Part shown: positions 23,233 through 35,640 of the stretch, in pieces
Position numbering within the stretch: position 1 is the stretch's first letter
Layout of the letters: each line of letters starts with the position of its first letter
From: Octopus bimaculoides
Taxonomy: Eukaryota
Length of the DNA: 37,327 nt
Direction: 5' to 3'
NCBI RefSeq assembly: GCF_001194135.2
Contig: NC_068987.1
Location: 103,064,923-103,102,249 of the forward strand
Program-made: the position numbers and the translations under genes
Notes under the pieces: generated by a model
Database searches by the model: none
The model's input: the letters and a program-made list of their open reading frames with translations, nothing else
What the model was told of the DNA's origin: nothing

Positions 23233-24289
23233 CGGATATATCTAAACGTAGAGTAATGGTTAGATATTCTTTTCGACAACTCAGACGATGAACCACCTAT
23301 CTAAAAAAGACATTAGAACCGGATGTTATTTTACCTTGATAAACAGAATTTCTAGCCCTAGAATAACTGCCAAGGAAACGAATACAATTTGAATTTATAT
23401 CAGAAATATTAATACTGTTGTTATTATTGTTCAAAGAATGGTTAGCGTTAAGAATATTAATGTTATTATTTTCATTAAGTGGATTTGTATTTAACAACTT
23501 ATTGTTATGCGAAGAGATGATTTGTAAAAGGTTTTTGGTGTTTGAAAATCCTATCCAAATACAGTGTGAATTGATAATAGAATGGTATCTTTAATTTTGG
23601 GGGAAATTCTTATCTATAGCTTCATGAACCTGGAAAGGGAGGTTGGATTTGATCTGCTTACCATATGGAATTATCAACCAAAGAGTTTTACTAGGACATG
23701 CCTTGTTATTAGGGTAATTATCTTTAAAAGGCTTACACCTATTTTTATTATGTATAAGGGAATGTAAAGAACGGTTATCTCCCTTACGCCACAAAATTAC
23801 ATTTTTCGATTTGGTGTTGCTATTCGAAGTAAAATTTATATTGTTATTACCGTTATGGCGTGTTTTCATGTCCTGATTAATAGAGGTAGTATTAATGTTA
23901 ATGCGGTTAATATAGATTTTTTTTTATACTCTGCTTTAAGTAAGGCAGAGTTATAAAATTCGACTTTATCGTTGAACATATCAACATTAGCAGATAATCT
24001 AGAAAGTCTAAGTGAAATATTTCTCACTAAATTCCTTGTAATAGCCTTTGAATGATTACTGAAAGAGCTAATATATTTTTAATTAGTTGAGGGTTTATGG
24101 TATGGGAAATATGAATCATTATATAAGTTAAGCCTAAACATCCAAAATGTTGGCGTTAGTTATATCATCATCAAAAATAATGTTTAAGCCTGTTTCGGGA
24201 AAATTTGACCAACCTATTTTTTAACCCTTTGTGATTTTTCGGTTAGAAACATTTTCAAGGCAGAGTAGACAATAGCCACGATATAAACC
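23233..24289 (-). pseudogene. Penelope-like element ORF remnant: RT C-terminal half, linker and GIY-YIG endonuclease
   Basis: Manual translation: GLYRGY (decayed GLYRDD), GLNII, NILDV.LNL..YFPYHKPS, YISSFSNHS, RLSRLSAN..F, YNSAL, LWLIIPYGKQIKSNL, IDKNFPQN*RYHSIIN, NLLQIISSHNNKLLN, then SVYQGKIT...(Y>*)IGGSSSELSKRISNHYSTFRY. Weaker similarity (GELW..FNV) extends to about 24470. Confidence 0.9.
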
Positions 24290-26182
24290 ACTACATATAT
24301 CTATTTCCACGCTTTTAAGCTTTATTCCCATCCATCACACTATATTTCTCTACTCTTAATTTTCTGTTAATTTCTTTCTTTCTCCTCTTTCTCTTTCTCT
24401 AAATTACTTTTGACATTAAATCTATTAACGGTTTTTTTAAAAAATAACTTGCCAGAGTTCCCCTTCATCATATAGGCGGTAATTACATTCGGTTAAAATG
24501 GTTTATTTGATATACTTAGTTTCTTTTTTTTTTTCCTGACGAGATGATTGCATTGTTTTACAGCATTTTCCTCCCTCCGGAATAATATCAATGCTTTCTT
24601 CGAAACATATGTCGGAAGTATTAAGATTTGAATAACACCTGCGTTTGACTCAATTTTTTAATTTATATATATATACACTTGTCTTAATATTTGGATTATA
24701 CACACACCCACACACGCGCACCCACTCACACAATATAACTACGTATATAAACATTTACAAACATGTATACATGCATAACTTTATATATATATATATATAT
24801 GTATATTATGCATATATGAGTTTGCGTGCGTGTGTGTGTGTGTGCGTGGATGCTTAATGATTTCATTGAAATTCAGACCATAAACACATAAACAAAGGTA
24901 CTGAATTAGACGAAATAAGATAAAAATGCTTAGACAAAGCGACAAAACTCTAACCGATCACATAGCGCATGGCATGATGCATTTTCTTACGTATAGCCTT
25001 TTCCCAGAGAATGTCCAACTTCATAACATAAATCTCTGCAACTCCGTTGGTGGCCAGAAGTATTTATTAAGGAAAACGTCTTTTTTTGTTTCTTTTTTTG
25101 TGTTTTTTTTTTCATTGGCAGAAGTTGATTGAATCCTGCGTTAGTTATATTTCCCCTGTTGTTATTTTAAAATTGTAGGCTTGTGTTCCCTTTCCATCTC
25201 GTACAATAAATCTCTCTTTTTCTATCTTTCTCTTAATCTACCTCTCCTGGCACAGGGACCCACCTAGTTTCATTAATAGACATTTGGGTGTTTTTTTCCC
25301 AAGGGTTGACATCAAAGAAAACAGCTTATAATATTTTCATCAGCATGACATCAGTGACTTGAATGCCAACTTTACACATACTCTATATATGGAATTCATA
25401 TATACACATGGAGACACACATATATACACAGGTATACATACATGCATACATACATATATACGTATGCATCTATACAATATATATATATATATATCGGGAG
25501 AAAGAGAAGGAGAGAGAGAAGGAGAGAGAGAAGGAGAGAGAAGTGGAGAGAGAGACACACACACACAAGCAGAAAGAAGCAGCGAGAGGTAAAGAGAGAG
25601 GGCACAGGAAAGTGACAGATTGAGAAATATTGCTGAGCACGCATTTCTGTGGATAGATAAGGTAGATTGCTATAGACATATATGTGTGTGTGTTCACGTG
25701 TGTATACATACAGATAAAGATATATATGCATGTGTATACATATGTACACAGGCACACACACACACACACACACACATACACACGCACACACACATATACG
25801 CTTATATTCTATTCTGATGGCCATCTAAAAGTGTAATAAACTATCATTGATTCCGAAGAATATTATCATCATATGAAAAGAACTTCTCTTCTGTACTATC
25901 CCCGCCCCAATGTCTTACCGATCCCTTCAGGGGGCGATTCTTTCATGAATAACACAGATAAATAATTTAAATATTATTCTGTATATATTTGCCCCCGGGT
26001 ACTAACATCTGAAGAACTTCTTAGACTACAATTACTCTGAAACTCTAATATCCAATCTGTGTATATATTTTTTTATTTAATCTAAATTTGTCTACTAAAT
26101 AAAATAACGCTTTTCATTAATACCAAAGTGTCTTTTTTTTCTGGTGATAAGAATTTGTATATCATTAGCTATATTGTAATAA

Positions 26183-26370
26183 TTCTTTGGTATAGAGGGC
26201 TTCAGAATTTCGTGGACCCTGAGGTGCAACTGGTACTACATTTCATCGACTCAAAAAGGATTGAAAGTAAAGTCGTAGGTATTTGAACTCAGAACGTAAA
26301 GAGCCGGATAAAAAAAAAACGATGTTAAGCATTTTCATCGACACGGTAACGATTCTACCAGCTCGCTGCC
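26183..26370 (-). mobile_element. SINE family B copy
   Basis: Reverse complement ggcagcgagctggtagaatcgttaccgtgtcg...cttaacatcg...tttacgttctgagttcaaata...gtcgatgaaatgtagtaccag, with A-box-like and B-box-like motifs. Confidence 0.85.
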
Positions 26371-26387
26371 TTTAGCGAAATTGCAAT

Positions 26388-26590
26388 AAGATGGCAGAAC
26401 GGTTAGGACGCCGAGCAAGATCCTTGGCGGCACTTCCGTCTTCACGTCCTGAGTTCAAATTCCGTCGTGGTTGACCTTACCTTTTAACTTTTGTGTCGAT
26501 AAATAAATACCAGTTGATTAATAGGGTTGATGTAATCGACTTACTCCTTTCTGAAAACTACTGGCCATGTGCCAAAAATTTGAAATCAAT
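26388..26590 (+). mobile_element. SINE family B copy
   Basis: TGGCAGAACGG A box, GAGTTCAAATTCC B box, and the shared gtcgataaataaataccag...gatgtaatcgac domain. Confidence 0.85.
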
Positions 26591-26606
26591 AATATTATGA
26601 TATATA

Positions 26607-26797
26607 GGTGGGCGAGGTGGCATAATCGTTAGCACGACGGGTAAAATGCTTAGCGGTGTTTTGTCCGTATTTACGTTCTGAGTTCAAATTCTGCCGAGAT
26701 CGACCTTGCTTTCCCTCATTTCGGCGTCGGATGGGGTTGATATAATCTTAGACCCACCTCGAACGTACTAGCTTTCTGTGAAATTTTGAATATCAAC
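26607..26797 (+). mobile_element. SINE family B copy
   Basis: TGGCATAATCG A box, GAGTTCAAATTC B box; aligns with the two adjacent copies. Confidence 0.85.
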
Positions 26798-27074
26798 AAT
26801 ACTATAATATAATACGCTTCGAAAAATTGGTAGCCCGGAACTGAATTTGGTTACTTGCACTCATCGTTAAGCGTTGGATGGCATGCTGTGTATATTAATC
26901 GAGATGCTTCAATTTACGTACGTTTCTCCAGGTGTTTTGGTAGAAAGTGATAACGAGCTAGAACTGGATGTGCTTAGAGAAGAGTTTTGAACTTGAAGTT
27001 ATCAAATGCTATGGAAGCTAGGAAAAACACGGAGAATTTTGTATTTATGAATAGATCTAGATATATATGTCTGT

Positions 27075-27230
27075 CCGGTTAAAACGCTCACTTTGCACTC
27101 AGGAGGTCTTGAATTCAGACCTACTGCGTGGAAAAGCTGGCAAGTGACTTCAACTATAGTTTCGGCCCCGCCATTGCCTTGCGAGTGAAATTTGTGAGTA
27201 GAATGTTTGTAGAAGCATGTCCTATATACA
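27075..27230 (+). mobile_element. Diverged SINE family A head followed by a (CA)-rich tract
   Basis: ctactgcgtgg...ggcaagtgacttcaactatag...gccttgcgagtg aligns with 7467-7535. Confidence 0.65.
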
Positions 27231-27247
27231 TTTACATACATGCATGC

Positions 27248-27304
<57 letters not shown>

Positions 27305-27519
27305 GGTCGGTAAGGTGGCATAAAGGAGAGCATTATAAATAAATTCATTGAACAATTACCCAGATGCCTACACACAGCTAAATACACATTCGCATATTAC
27401 AATCCAGACCATACGTAACCTGGTATACACATCGCGCCCACAACCCTTATTACACATGAGCTTGAGGAACCATATTTGAATAACTTGTATTTGACATATG
27501 ATCTTGCAATATAGATCCA

Positions 27520-27567
<48 letters not shown>

Positions 27568-27740
27568 TGTGTGTGTGTGCATATATGCACATGTATGTGT
27601 GTAATATATGTGATTGTATATGTGTGTATACATATGTGTATGCGAGTGTATGTGTATACACACAGATAGAGATCTATATTTATCGTATATTTATCGTATA
27701 TTTATGTATATATACGCGTATGTACCTGTATATATGAGTT

Positions 27741-27777
<37 letters not shown>

Positions 27778-28140
27778 GGGGGATGCATTCGTCCATACGT
27801 GTGCGTATGTTCGTGTATCTAGGTGTATGTTTATACCTGTATACTTGGATGTGCGTGTGTGAGCGCGTATGTATATGTGCGTCTAAGCACGAACACCAAA
27901 AAATTTTTGTCTTAGTATTTTCTTTCTTTCAACTATGTCCTTCTCTTTCTCTTAACAGTTACAACAGCGGAGGCTCATTACATCATTTTTCTCTAAACTA
28001 GAATATAAAATTTTCACGTTCATATTTGAATTTTTGGCGTTTCAATTTTCCTGTTTCTTTACTCATTCTCATATTTGATGGACATATAGCAGTACGTAAA
28101 ACCGAATCAGAAAATTTCTAATAAGAATTTTTTTTTTTTT

Positions 28141-28194
28141 TGATGTACCTGATGAGACCCAGAACGAGTCGAAACATGTGTCGCACCCAATAAA
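28141..28194 (+). ncRNA. Minimal type-I hammerhead ribozyme motif with canonical core and weakened stem I
   Basis: CUGAUGA 28149-28155; stem II GAC/GUC (28156-28158/28168-28170); GAAA 28171-28174; stem III C-AUGU-G containing the palindrome ACAUGU; cleavage triplet GUC ending at 28182; AATAAA at 28189-28194. Confidence 0.75.
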
Positions 28195-31011
28195 ATATTT
28201 TACTCACTCCATCTATTTTATTAATACTGTTACCCCAACAGCCACTACGAAGTTCCTGCAATATATCTACGGATAACAACAGGTAATCGAAACTGTGCCG
28301 GTGCTTTACTCGTCATCTATTCATATATTTTGTATAATTTCTCCATTATANNNNNNNNNNNNNNNNNNNNNNNNNNNNNNNNNNNNNNNNNNNNNNNNNN
28401 NNNNNNNNNNNNNNNNNNNNNNNNNNNNNNNNNNNNNNNNNNNNNNNNNNNNNNNNNNNNNNNNNNNNNNNNNNNNNNNNNNNNNNNNNNNNNNNNNNNN
28501 NNNNNNNNNNNNNNNNNNNNNNNNNNNNNNNNNNNNNNNNNNNNNNNNNNNNNNNNNNNNNNNNNNNNNNNNNNNNNNNNNNNNNNNNNNNNNNNNNNNN
28601 NNNNNNNNNNNNNNNNNNNNNNNNNNNNNNNNNNNNNNNNNNNNNNNNNNNNNNNNNNNNNNNNNNNNNNNNNNNTATATATATATTATAAGAACGCCGT
28701 AATGCAGCAGTTTAAGAAAACATCTTATGTAGATCTTTGGTGCTGGAAGGCACAGAAAATCAGTGGCCGAGGAAATTTTTCCACAACGTATCACAGAACT
28801 GCTCCGTCACATGATTTCATCATGTTTTCACTTCATCAGCGGCAGCTAACCACCAGTACCTTTGGTGTCAATCTTCGCTTGCAGAGATATATCGAAAAAC
28901 AGTTAGTATTTAAGTACAGGTATCGCAACTACCTGTTATGTTATTCTGTGCTATTAAGCACTAAACGTCTACACGACTTTCTCTCTTAAGATGAATACCT
29001 CAATGCTATGGCGTTCTTTTAATACATCCGTATTAAGTAGGATATAAATGTTGTTAGTCGGTAACAATATTACTTTAAACTCGAGAGCTGTTTCTGGGTG
29101 CCTTGAATTACGTAATAGCTATAATGTTCATACTTGGCAGATGCAGTAAGCAAACATTCACGGATATGTAACCATTAGAGTATACATATAAACATTACCG
29201 TAATATCGACCTCCTTCGTCAAGTTTAAAATATCAGCAAATAACACTTCACATTATTGTACTAAAGAAAATTCCAGGATAGAATGGGAGAAGTGGAAGGC
29301 GAGTAAAAGCAAGTAGAAGGGACATGAAAGAGGTTCACGGTGGATGGTTGTGTTTAAGCAGAGGAAAGGTAAGAGAAGATAAGAGAGGCAGAGCACAGAG
29401 AGACAGAGAGAGAGGTAAATGATTGATCATGGGATTGAATACAAGTAGAAATGGTGAGTCAAGAGATGAGTGGGAAGAGGTGGCGCTGGTTGTATTTTAT
29501 GTGTGTTCTATATTGAGCATCTCTGGCTCTCACCTGTTGACTTTATATATANNNNNNNNNNNNNNNNNNNNNNNNNNNNNNNNNNNNNNNNNNNNNNNNN
29601 NNNNNNNNNNNNNNNNNNNNNNNNNNNNNNNNNNNNNNNNNNNNNNNNNNNNNNNNNNNNNNNNNNNNNNNNNNNNNNNNNNNNNNNNNNNNNNNNNNNN
29701 NNNNNNNNNNNNNNNNNNNNNNNNNNNNNNNNNNNNNNNNNNNTATATATATATATATATATATATTACCCACTGATATAAACGTTACTACACTGGGTTG
29801 TATGTAATGTAATTCTCTCTTTACAGTCACAGAGAAGGTTTTATTCTTGTCGCTCTTCTCCATATCCTTTGAAATCGGCGTAGCTAGGTTAAACCTCTTC
29901 CCCATACCCTTAATATTTCTCTATATACTTTCATGTTACCAACAAAGAAGTTGGTTTTCATTGGCTTTCCATCCTCCTGTGAGCCAATTATGTATCTTTC
30001 AGGTTTTCTATACGGATGTATGTACATAAGAATGTTTGTATAGACGCATAATATATGTTTATATACGTTTCTTTGTATGCATGTGTGTATGCATATTTGT
30101 ATATATAATATATGTATTTTGTCTTTTAGTAAATATCACTTAAAATTCTCATATAAATTTTCACAAGTAGCTGAGCTACGAATCTAAATAGGAAAGACTA
30201 CAATAAGTGTGTAATTTCTGAGATGTGTGAAAATATCTGAAAGTAAATATACAGTGAATATAAAGATTAGAATTTCAGTTTAACAACACTTGATTTCTAA
30301 GCAATTGTTACTCAGAGATCATATTTATGAAGAATTTGTTCAATTTTGGCTACTGGTTTTGTAACAATTCTTTTGTGATAAAACGGGTGGATACATTGTA
30401 CGAAAGTCTATTTCACATTTCAATCAAAATTTTATGATTATTAGTGACTTGATCAGTAAATTTATCTGAACAAATTTTATATCTGTTACTGATTCATAAA
30501 CTATGTGTCTCGTTTTTCATCAATCATTATTTCACGATCTAAAAGATCAATATCTGTCTGTAGCTAATGAAGATTATATTGTGCTGCACAATCTAGTATA
30601 ATTTTGTTTACAAAAAAATTGCCAAATTACTTTTGTTTTGTTTTAGATTAACTATAATGATAAACTTTCTACACAATATGATTGTTTCAATCACAAATCG
30701 CTTCTTGAAACTTTTTTTAATCACGAAATAAAATTAAATACATTGATATAATCTTATAAAGAGTTACAAATCAACACCCTATCTTATATTTCCACTTTAT
30801 CTCAATTTTCCTCTCTAATGGACTACATACGAAGCTGACAATCGTAGATAGAGAACGATAGAATGATATTATTATTCACTAGCGCAATAACAAATAATTG
30901 AATGATTCGAATTACGCAGTCTACGTGGTATTTTTAATCAAATGAATCACATCCAGAATATCCACACACTAAGAAACATTCTATGAGTACAAAACGCAGA
31001 GAATGTTGATT

Positions 31012-31157
31012 TACTTATTCAATCAGTTTATTTTGCCGAACGGTTATATTACTAGACGTAAACCAACCAACAGCGGTGGTGGTGAAAGCACGACACAAAT
31101 ACATACACACACACATCTACACACAGATAGATAGACAGACAGACAGACATATAGATT

Positions 31158-31249
<92 letters not shown>

Positions 31250-31250
31250 T

Positions 31251-31314
<64 letters not shown>

Positions 31315-31425
31315 CTGATGGACTTCCTTACATTCCTTATCAACCAAATTCACTGACAAGGTATACTTAGGTCCGGAACTATAGCTAGAAAATATTTACT
31401 GATGGTGCTTCGCAATAGGACCGAG
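31012..31425 (-). mobile_element. SINE family A composite copy with an internal (GATA/GACA)n expansion
   Basis: Diverged head at 31322-31425, microsatellite at about 31125-31313, and tail at 31012-31110 whose reverse complement (tttacgtctagtaatataaccgttcggcaaaataactgattgaataagta) matches the 11050-11110 tail. Confidence 0.7.
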
Positions 31426-31438
31426 GCCGCAAAGCTCA

Positions 31439-31730
31439 TAGGTCAGTGGTTAGAGCATTGGTCTCATGAGGTAGTAAGTTCAATTCCCAGATCAGGATTT
31501 ATTTCACGTTGCCCCAGTTCCCTCAGCTGTAGAAATGAGCTGTGACGTCACAGGTGCGGAGCTGTACCGGCCTTTGAAATTTCTTTGAATGACATCGGTA
31601 GCTGGTATGTATGGCTGACTGTTGGCCTTCGATAAACAACCTTGCCCGGACTTGTGCCTTGGAGGTTAACTCTCTAAGTGCAATCGCATGGCCATTTTTG
31701 ACCGAAGCGGGTCTTCTGCTTCTGGGTCCG
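31439..31730 (+). mobile_element. tRNA-derived SINE family D
   Basis: A-box-like taggtcagtggttagagc (31439-31456), B box agttcaattcc (31478-31488), then a cacgttgccccagttccctcagctgtagaaatgag central domain. Only one copy in the window; the 3' end is approximate. Confidence 0.65.
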
Positions 31731-32526
31731 AAACCAGGCGGATACAAAGCCAGATTCTAAATTATGTAACCATACATAGAAATGTTTCTTTACGAAAATA
31801 TTTGCTTCCGCTATATCTGTAAAGAAAAAATAAATGTTTAACAAGAAGTCAACAAACATTTTTTTCAGTACAACAGCAATCTACACTTAAATCAATTGTT
31901 ACTAAATTACTAAATGAACTCAATTTTATTTTCTCAGTGAGAACTTTATTGGATAACATTATACACTATTTTATACACTATTATATATTTGTTTTGTGGT
32001 GGAACCTTGTCAAGAGCCTGAAACCTATTGTGTTGTATCTTGAGAAGGTCATTCCATCGATAAATATTACACTTCTCTTGTTATTATATATTTGCATACT
32101 TATACGTCAATCAGGATTTTCAAGAATATTTTGTCATATATTCTATAACCATTTTCATATGGATTCCTTCTTGCAATTGTATTTAAATATCTTTTTCATT
32201 TTATACGCTGCTAAACACTATTTATTGCCAAGCATGTCTGTGTGCGTTTATATGCCCGCACGTTTGCATTCGTATCAAGTTGCTACTGTTGTGTGTGTTT
32301 GTCATGGAGTAAATCTATGTCTGTGTTTCTACGAGTGTGTGCACACGTGTATTCTATGTATTTATCATTCATTTCTGTAAAACAGTTAAAATTACATTGT
32401 TCATTATACAACAAACCTATTCTTATTTCTTCATTTCACTAAGTTTGATACTTTGAAACAGGCTTTGGAACGAAAACCTTGATGCAATGTTTCGTATTTA
32501 CTATTTAATTAGTTATAAAATGAGAA

Positions 32527-32728
32527 GAATAATATACGAAATGGGAAATGAGGAAAGCTTCTAACAATGCAGAGAAATACGTTCAAAACCCCTTTATATA
32601 TTTTAGGCTCAAAGGCCGGGATTCAGAGCGATGCAGTCAAAGAAATTAGTGTCAACGTAGACCCTTCCACGTGGATAGCTCTCTGCATTGTTATAAGCTT
32701 TCTTCATTTCCCTTTTTGTTTATTATTC
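32527..32728. mobile_element. 202-bp fold-back/MITE-like element with 49-bp inverted arms
   Basis: Arms 32527-32575 and 32680-32728 are 44/49 complementary (31/33 in the inner part), with a 104-bp spacer. No clear TSD. Confidence 0.6.
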
Positions 32729-32934
32729 TAAATCTGTACTACAATTCTTCAAGTGAACTATAACCTTCTTCTTTAGTTATAAAATGTATTTTGGTGGACC
32801 CAGACATTTCAATAATATTTTCTTCTTCTTCAAAATTTATTTCAAATTTTAGCATGCCGACACAAAATATTTTTGTTGTTTCTATTATTTTGGTTCATAA
32901 AGAGAATCGTAAGAACCTCGGACAAAACTACTTC

Positions 32935-33015
32935 AGAATTTCATCCTGCTCTTTACGTTGTGAATTCAAATCCCACCCAGTTCAATTTTTATCCATGGTC
33001 AATAAACTAAAGTAC
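32935..33015 (+). mobile_element. SINE family B fragment
   Basis: ctttacgttgtgaattcaaatccc...ggtcaataaactaaagtac resembles the B box and core of 26607-26797. Confidence 0.5.
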
Positions 33016-33526
33016 TCGCCTCGATGGCATATAGTAAACGACACCCTCATATTTCTGGATTTTTATCTATACTACAAACGGTTAGTATATAAATATTTTT
33101 GACATTATCTCATTTCCGATTGTTAAATTATGTGAGTATTATTGTAATTTTAGTAATTTCACGCTCGACCATCTGGAACATACAAAATAATTACATATAT
33201 GCATGTGTGCGCGTGTTTGCGCATATCTGTATGTGTTTCTATGCATGTAAGTACATACACAGACAAACACACACATTTATAAAAGAAATATATGCATATA
33301 CATATATAAATGTACTATGTATGTGGGTGGGCGTTTGTCTATATGCCCGTGTGTGTATGTATGTATATGCGTGTATACCTAGGTTGATGGATTGTACATG
33401 AATAGCAATGCAATGGATTTACCATGTGTTGTTTCCTTCATTCATATTCTTAATCATGGTTACCTAAGTGAGAAAACATGTACGCTTACATCCACCTATC
33501 TCTATAATCTTGTGTATGCATTTATA

Positions 33527-33560
<34 letters not shown>

Positions 33561-33898
33561 CATATACATACACACACACACACACACACATATATACATA
33601 TGTTTGTATGCATGTATGGTTTGTATGTTGATGGGTTTGTGTGTAGACACTTACACATGCAAACAAGAACACGCACATATAGATATATAAACAACATACT
33701 TACACATATGCGTATATAGAGTACCTTCAAAATGACAGCTACAAGCATTTGAAGTATCTTTACGTCTTCTGGTGAGTCTCTATCCATATAACATGGCTGT
33801 TATCACACATTGCGAACATGTGTTACTTCCGGAACAAATAGCAACGCCATCACGAACATCACAGACTTAAACAACATCACGAATAACACTATCTCACG

Positions 33899-33930
<32 letters not shown>

Positions 33931-33976
33931 TGTGTGTGTGTACATATATTAACAAACAAATATATTCATATATGCC

Positions 33977-34025
<49 letters not shown>

Positions 34026-34045
34026 ACGTGTGTGTGTATATGTAC

Positions 34046-34084
<39 letters not shown>

Positions 34085-34209
34085 CATATACACATATACA
34101 TAAGTATATCCATATATATANNNNNNNNNNNNNNNNNNNNNNNNNNNNNNNNNNNNNNNNNNNNNNNNNNNNNNNNNNNNNNNNNNNNNNNNNNNNNNNN
34201 NNNNNNNNN

Positions 34210-34255
<46 letters not shown>

Positions 34256-34694
34256 GAACAAATAGTGAGGAAATATGAATCCGGGCAAAATGATTCCTAA
34301 GTTCTCCGTTGGAACACCAGGCTAACAATATTACTTAGATTAGCGAAGAACTCCAAGTATTGTTTTGGTAAGGCCCAGTGTTATAGTTCACCGCAATTGT
34401 AAATCCGTGGATGGGCTTCGTATAAACTGGTTTTTAGAGAGTGATATATAACAGACAAATGAAAATAACGGTCATTACATTCCTTTATAGTTGCATTATT
34501 TGGCTGTTTCCAGCAGTCATTATGTATCGGTTCACTCAGAAACAGCTGTTATCATTTATATTCTGTAATTCGAACTATTTTTATATCCATACAGAAGTAC
34601 GCTTTTTCTATTAAATGTATTTAGTATTACGTGTAAATCGACTTGCCTAACTTGTCATTACATTTACTCATACACAGACACACACACAAACACA

Positions 34695-34737
<43 letters not shown>

Positions 34738-34949
34738 ATATATATATATACACATATATATCTACATATATATATCTACATACATATATCTACATATATA
34801 TATACATACATATATATATACATTTACATATACTTATTTAAAAGTTCTCCACCGATAATGGTGTTTACATACTGAAGGGCTTGGTAAAAATTATTAATTG
34901 TTGATTTATTAATAAATTAATAAATTAATAAACCTTTACCCTTTTAATT

Positions 34950-34952
<3 letters not shown>

Positions 34953-35034
<82 letters not shown>
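34953..35034. repeat. (TA)n microsatellite
   Basis: Direct reading; one interruption. Confidence 0.97.
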
Positions 35035-35247
35035 CAACATATCCATTCCCTTTATCACTCTCACTATCAACAAGAACAACAACACAATGAAGACTATATA
35101 TTTTACTTCATATTTTACTTCGCCCCCTAAAACTGCACTGCCGTGAGCGACACTCTCACATTATCTTCTACAATTTCTCGCCTAAATATTAGATCTATCT
35201 CTATCCACGGAGCAAATCTCAGTATACTGGCACAAAAACTCCGTAGA

Positions 35248-35640
35248 TTGTTGTTGTTTTTGGCACTCCGTCGCTTATGACGTCGAGGGTTCTAGTTGAT
35301 CCGATCAACGGAACAGCCTGCTCGTGAAATTAACGTGCAAGTGGCTGAGCACTCCACAGAAACGTGTACCCTTAACGTAGTTCTCGGGGGAGATTCAGCG
35401 TGACACAGTGTGACAAGGCTGACCCTTTGAATTACAGGCACAACAGAAACAGGGAGTAAGAGTGAGAGAAAGTTGTGGTGAAAGAGTACAGCAGGGTTCG
35501 CCACCATCCCCTGCAGGAGCCTCATGAGGCTTTAGGTGTTTTCGCTCAATAAACACTCACAACGCCCGGTCTGGGAATCGAAACCGCGATCCTATGACCG
35601 TGAGTCCGCTGCCCTAACCACTGGGCCATTGCGCTTCCAC
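35248..35640 (-). mobile_element. tRNA-derived SINE family C, full length, (CAA)n tail, TSD of 10-12 bp
   Basis: Minus strand: A box TGGCCCAGTGG and B box GGTTTCGATTCC. TSD ACTCCGTAGATT at 35238-35249 and 35639-35650. About 93% identical to 2891-3277. Confidence 0.93.

Noticed and set aside
23233-24289. Selenocysteine recoding in the Penelope-like remnant
   Set aside because: The stops seen in the conserved frames are TAA/TAG, not TGA at Cys positions, and no SECIS could be identified by eye.
24535-24560. CTGACGA followed by a short stem; other CTGANGA hits at 1794, 3903, 13452, 20533 and minus-strand 17254, 28834, 36768
   Set aside because: None has a correctly placed GAAA plus stem III and UH, so they are not hammerheads.
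26932-27060. Acceptor-like tttctccag| followed by codon-like sequence
   Set aside because: All three frames hit stops within 20 codons and there is no donor.
30180-30760. Faint PLE-RT-like peptides (LNRKDY, LV*FCLQKN)
   Set aside because: Too few motifs, no catalytic DD, and an AT-rich background; it needs a profile search.
31937-32380. 147-aa hydrophobic ORF
   Set aside because: Its F/I/L/Y richness reflects T-rich composition, the 3' part runs into TG-rich repeats, and no domain is recognisable.
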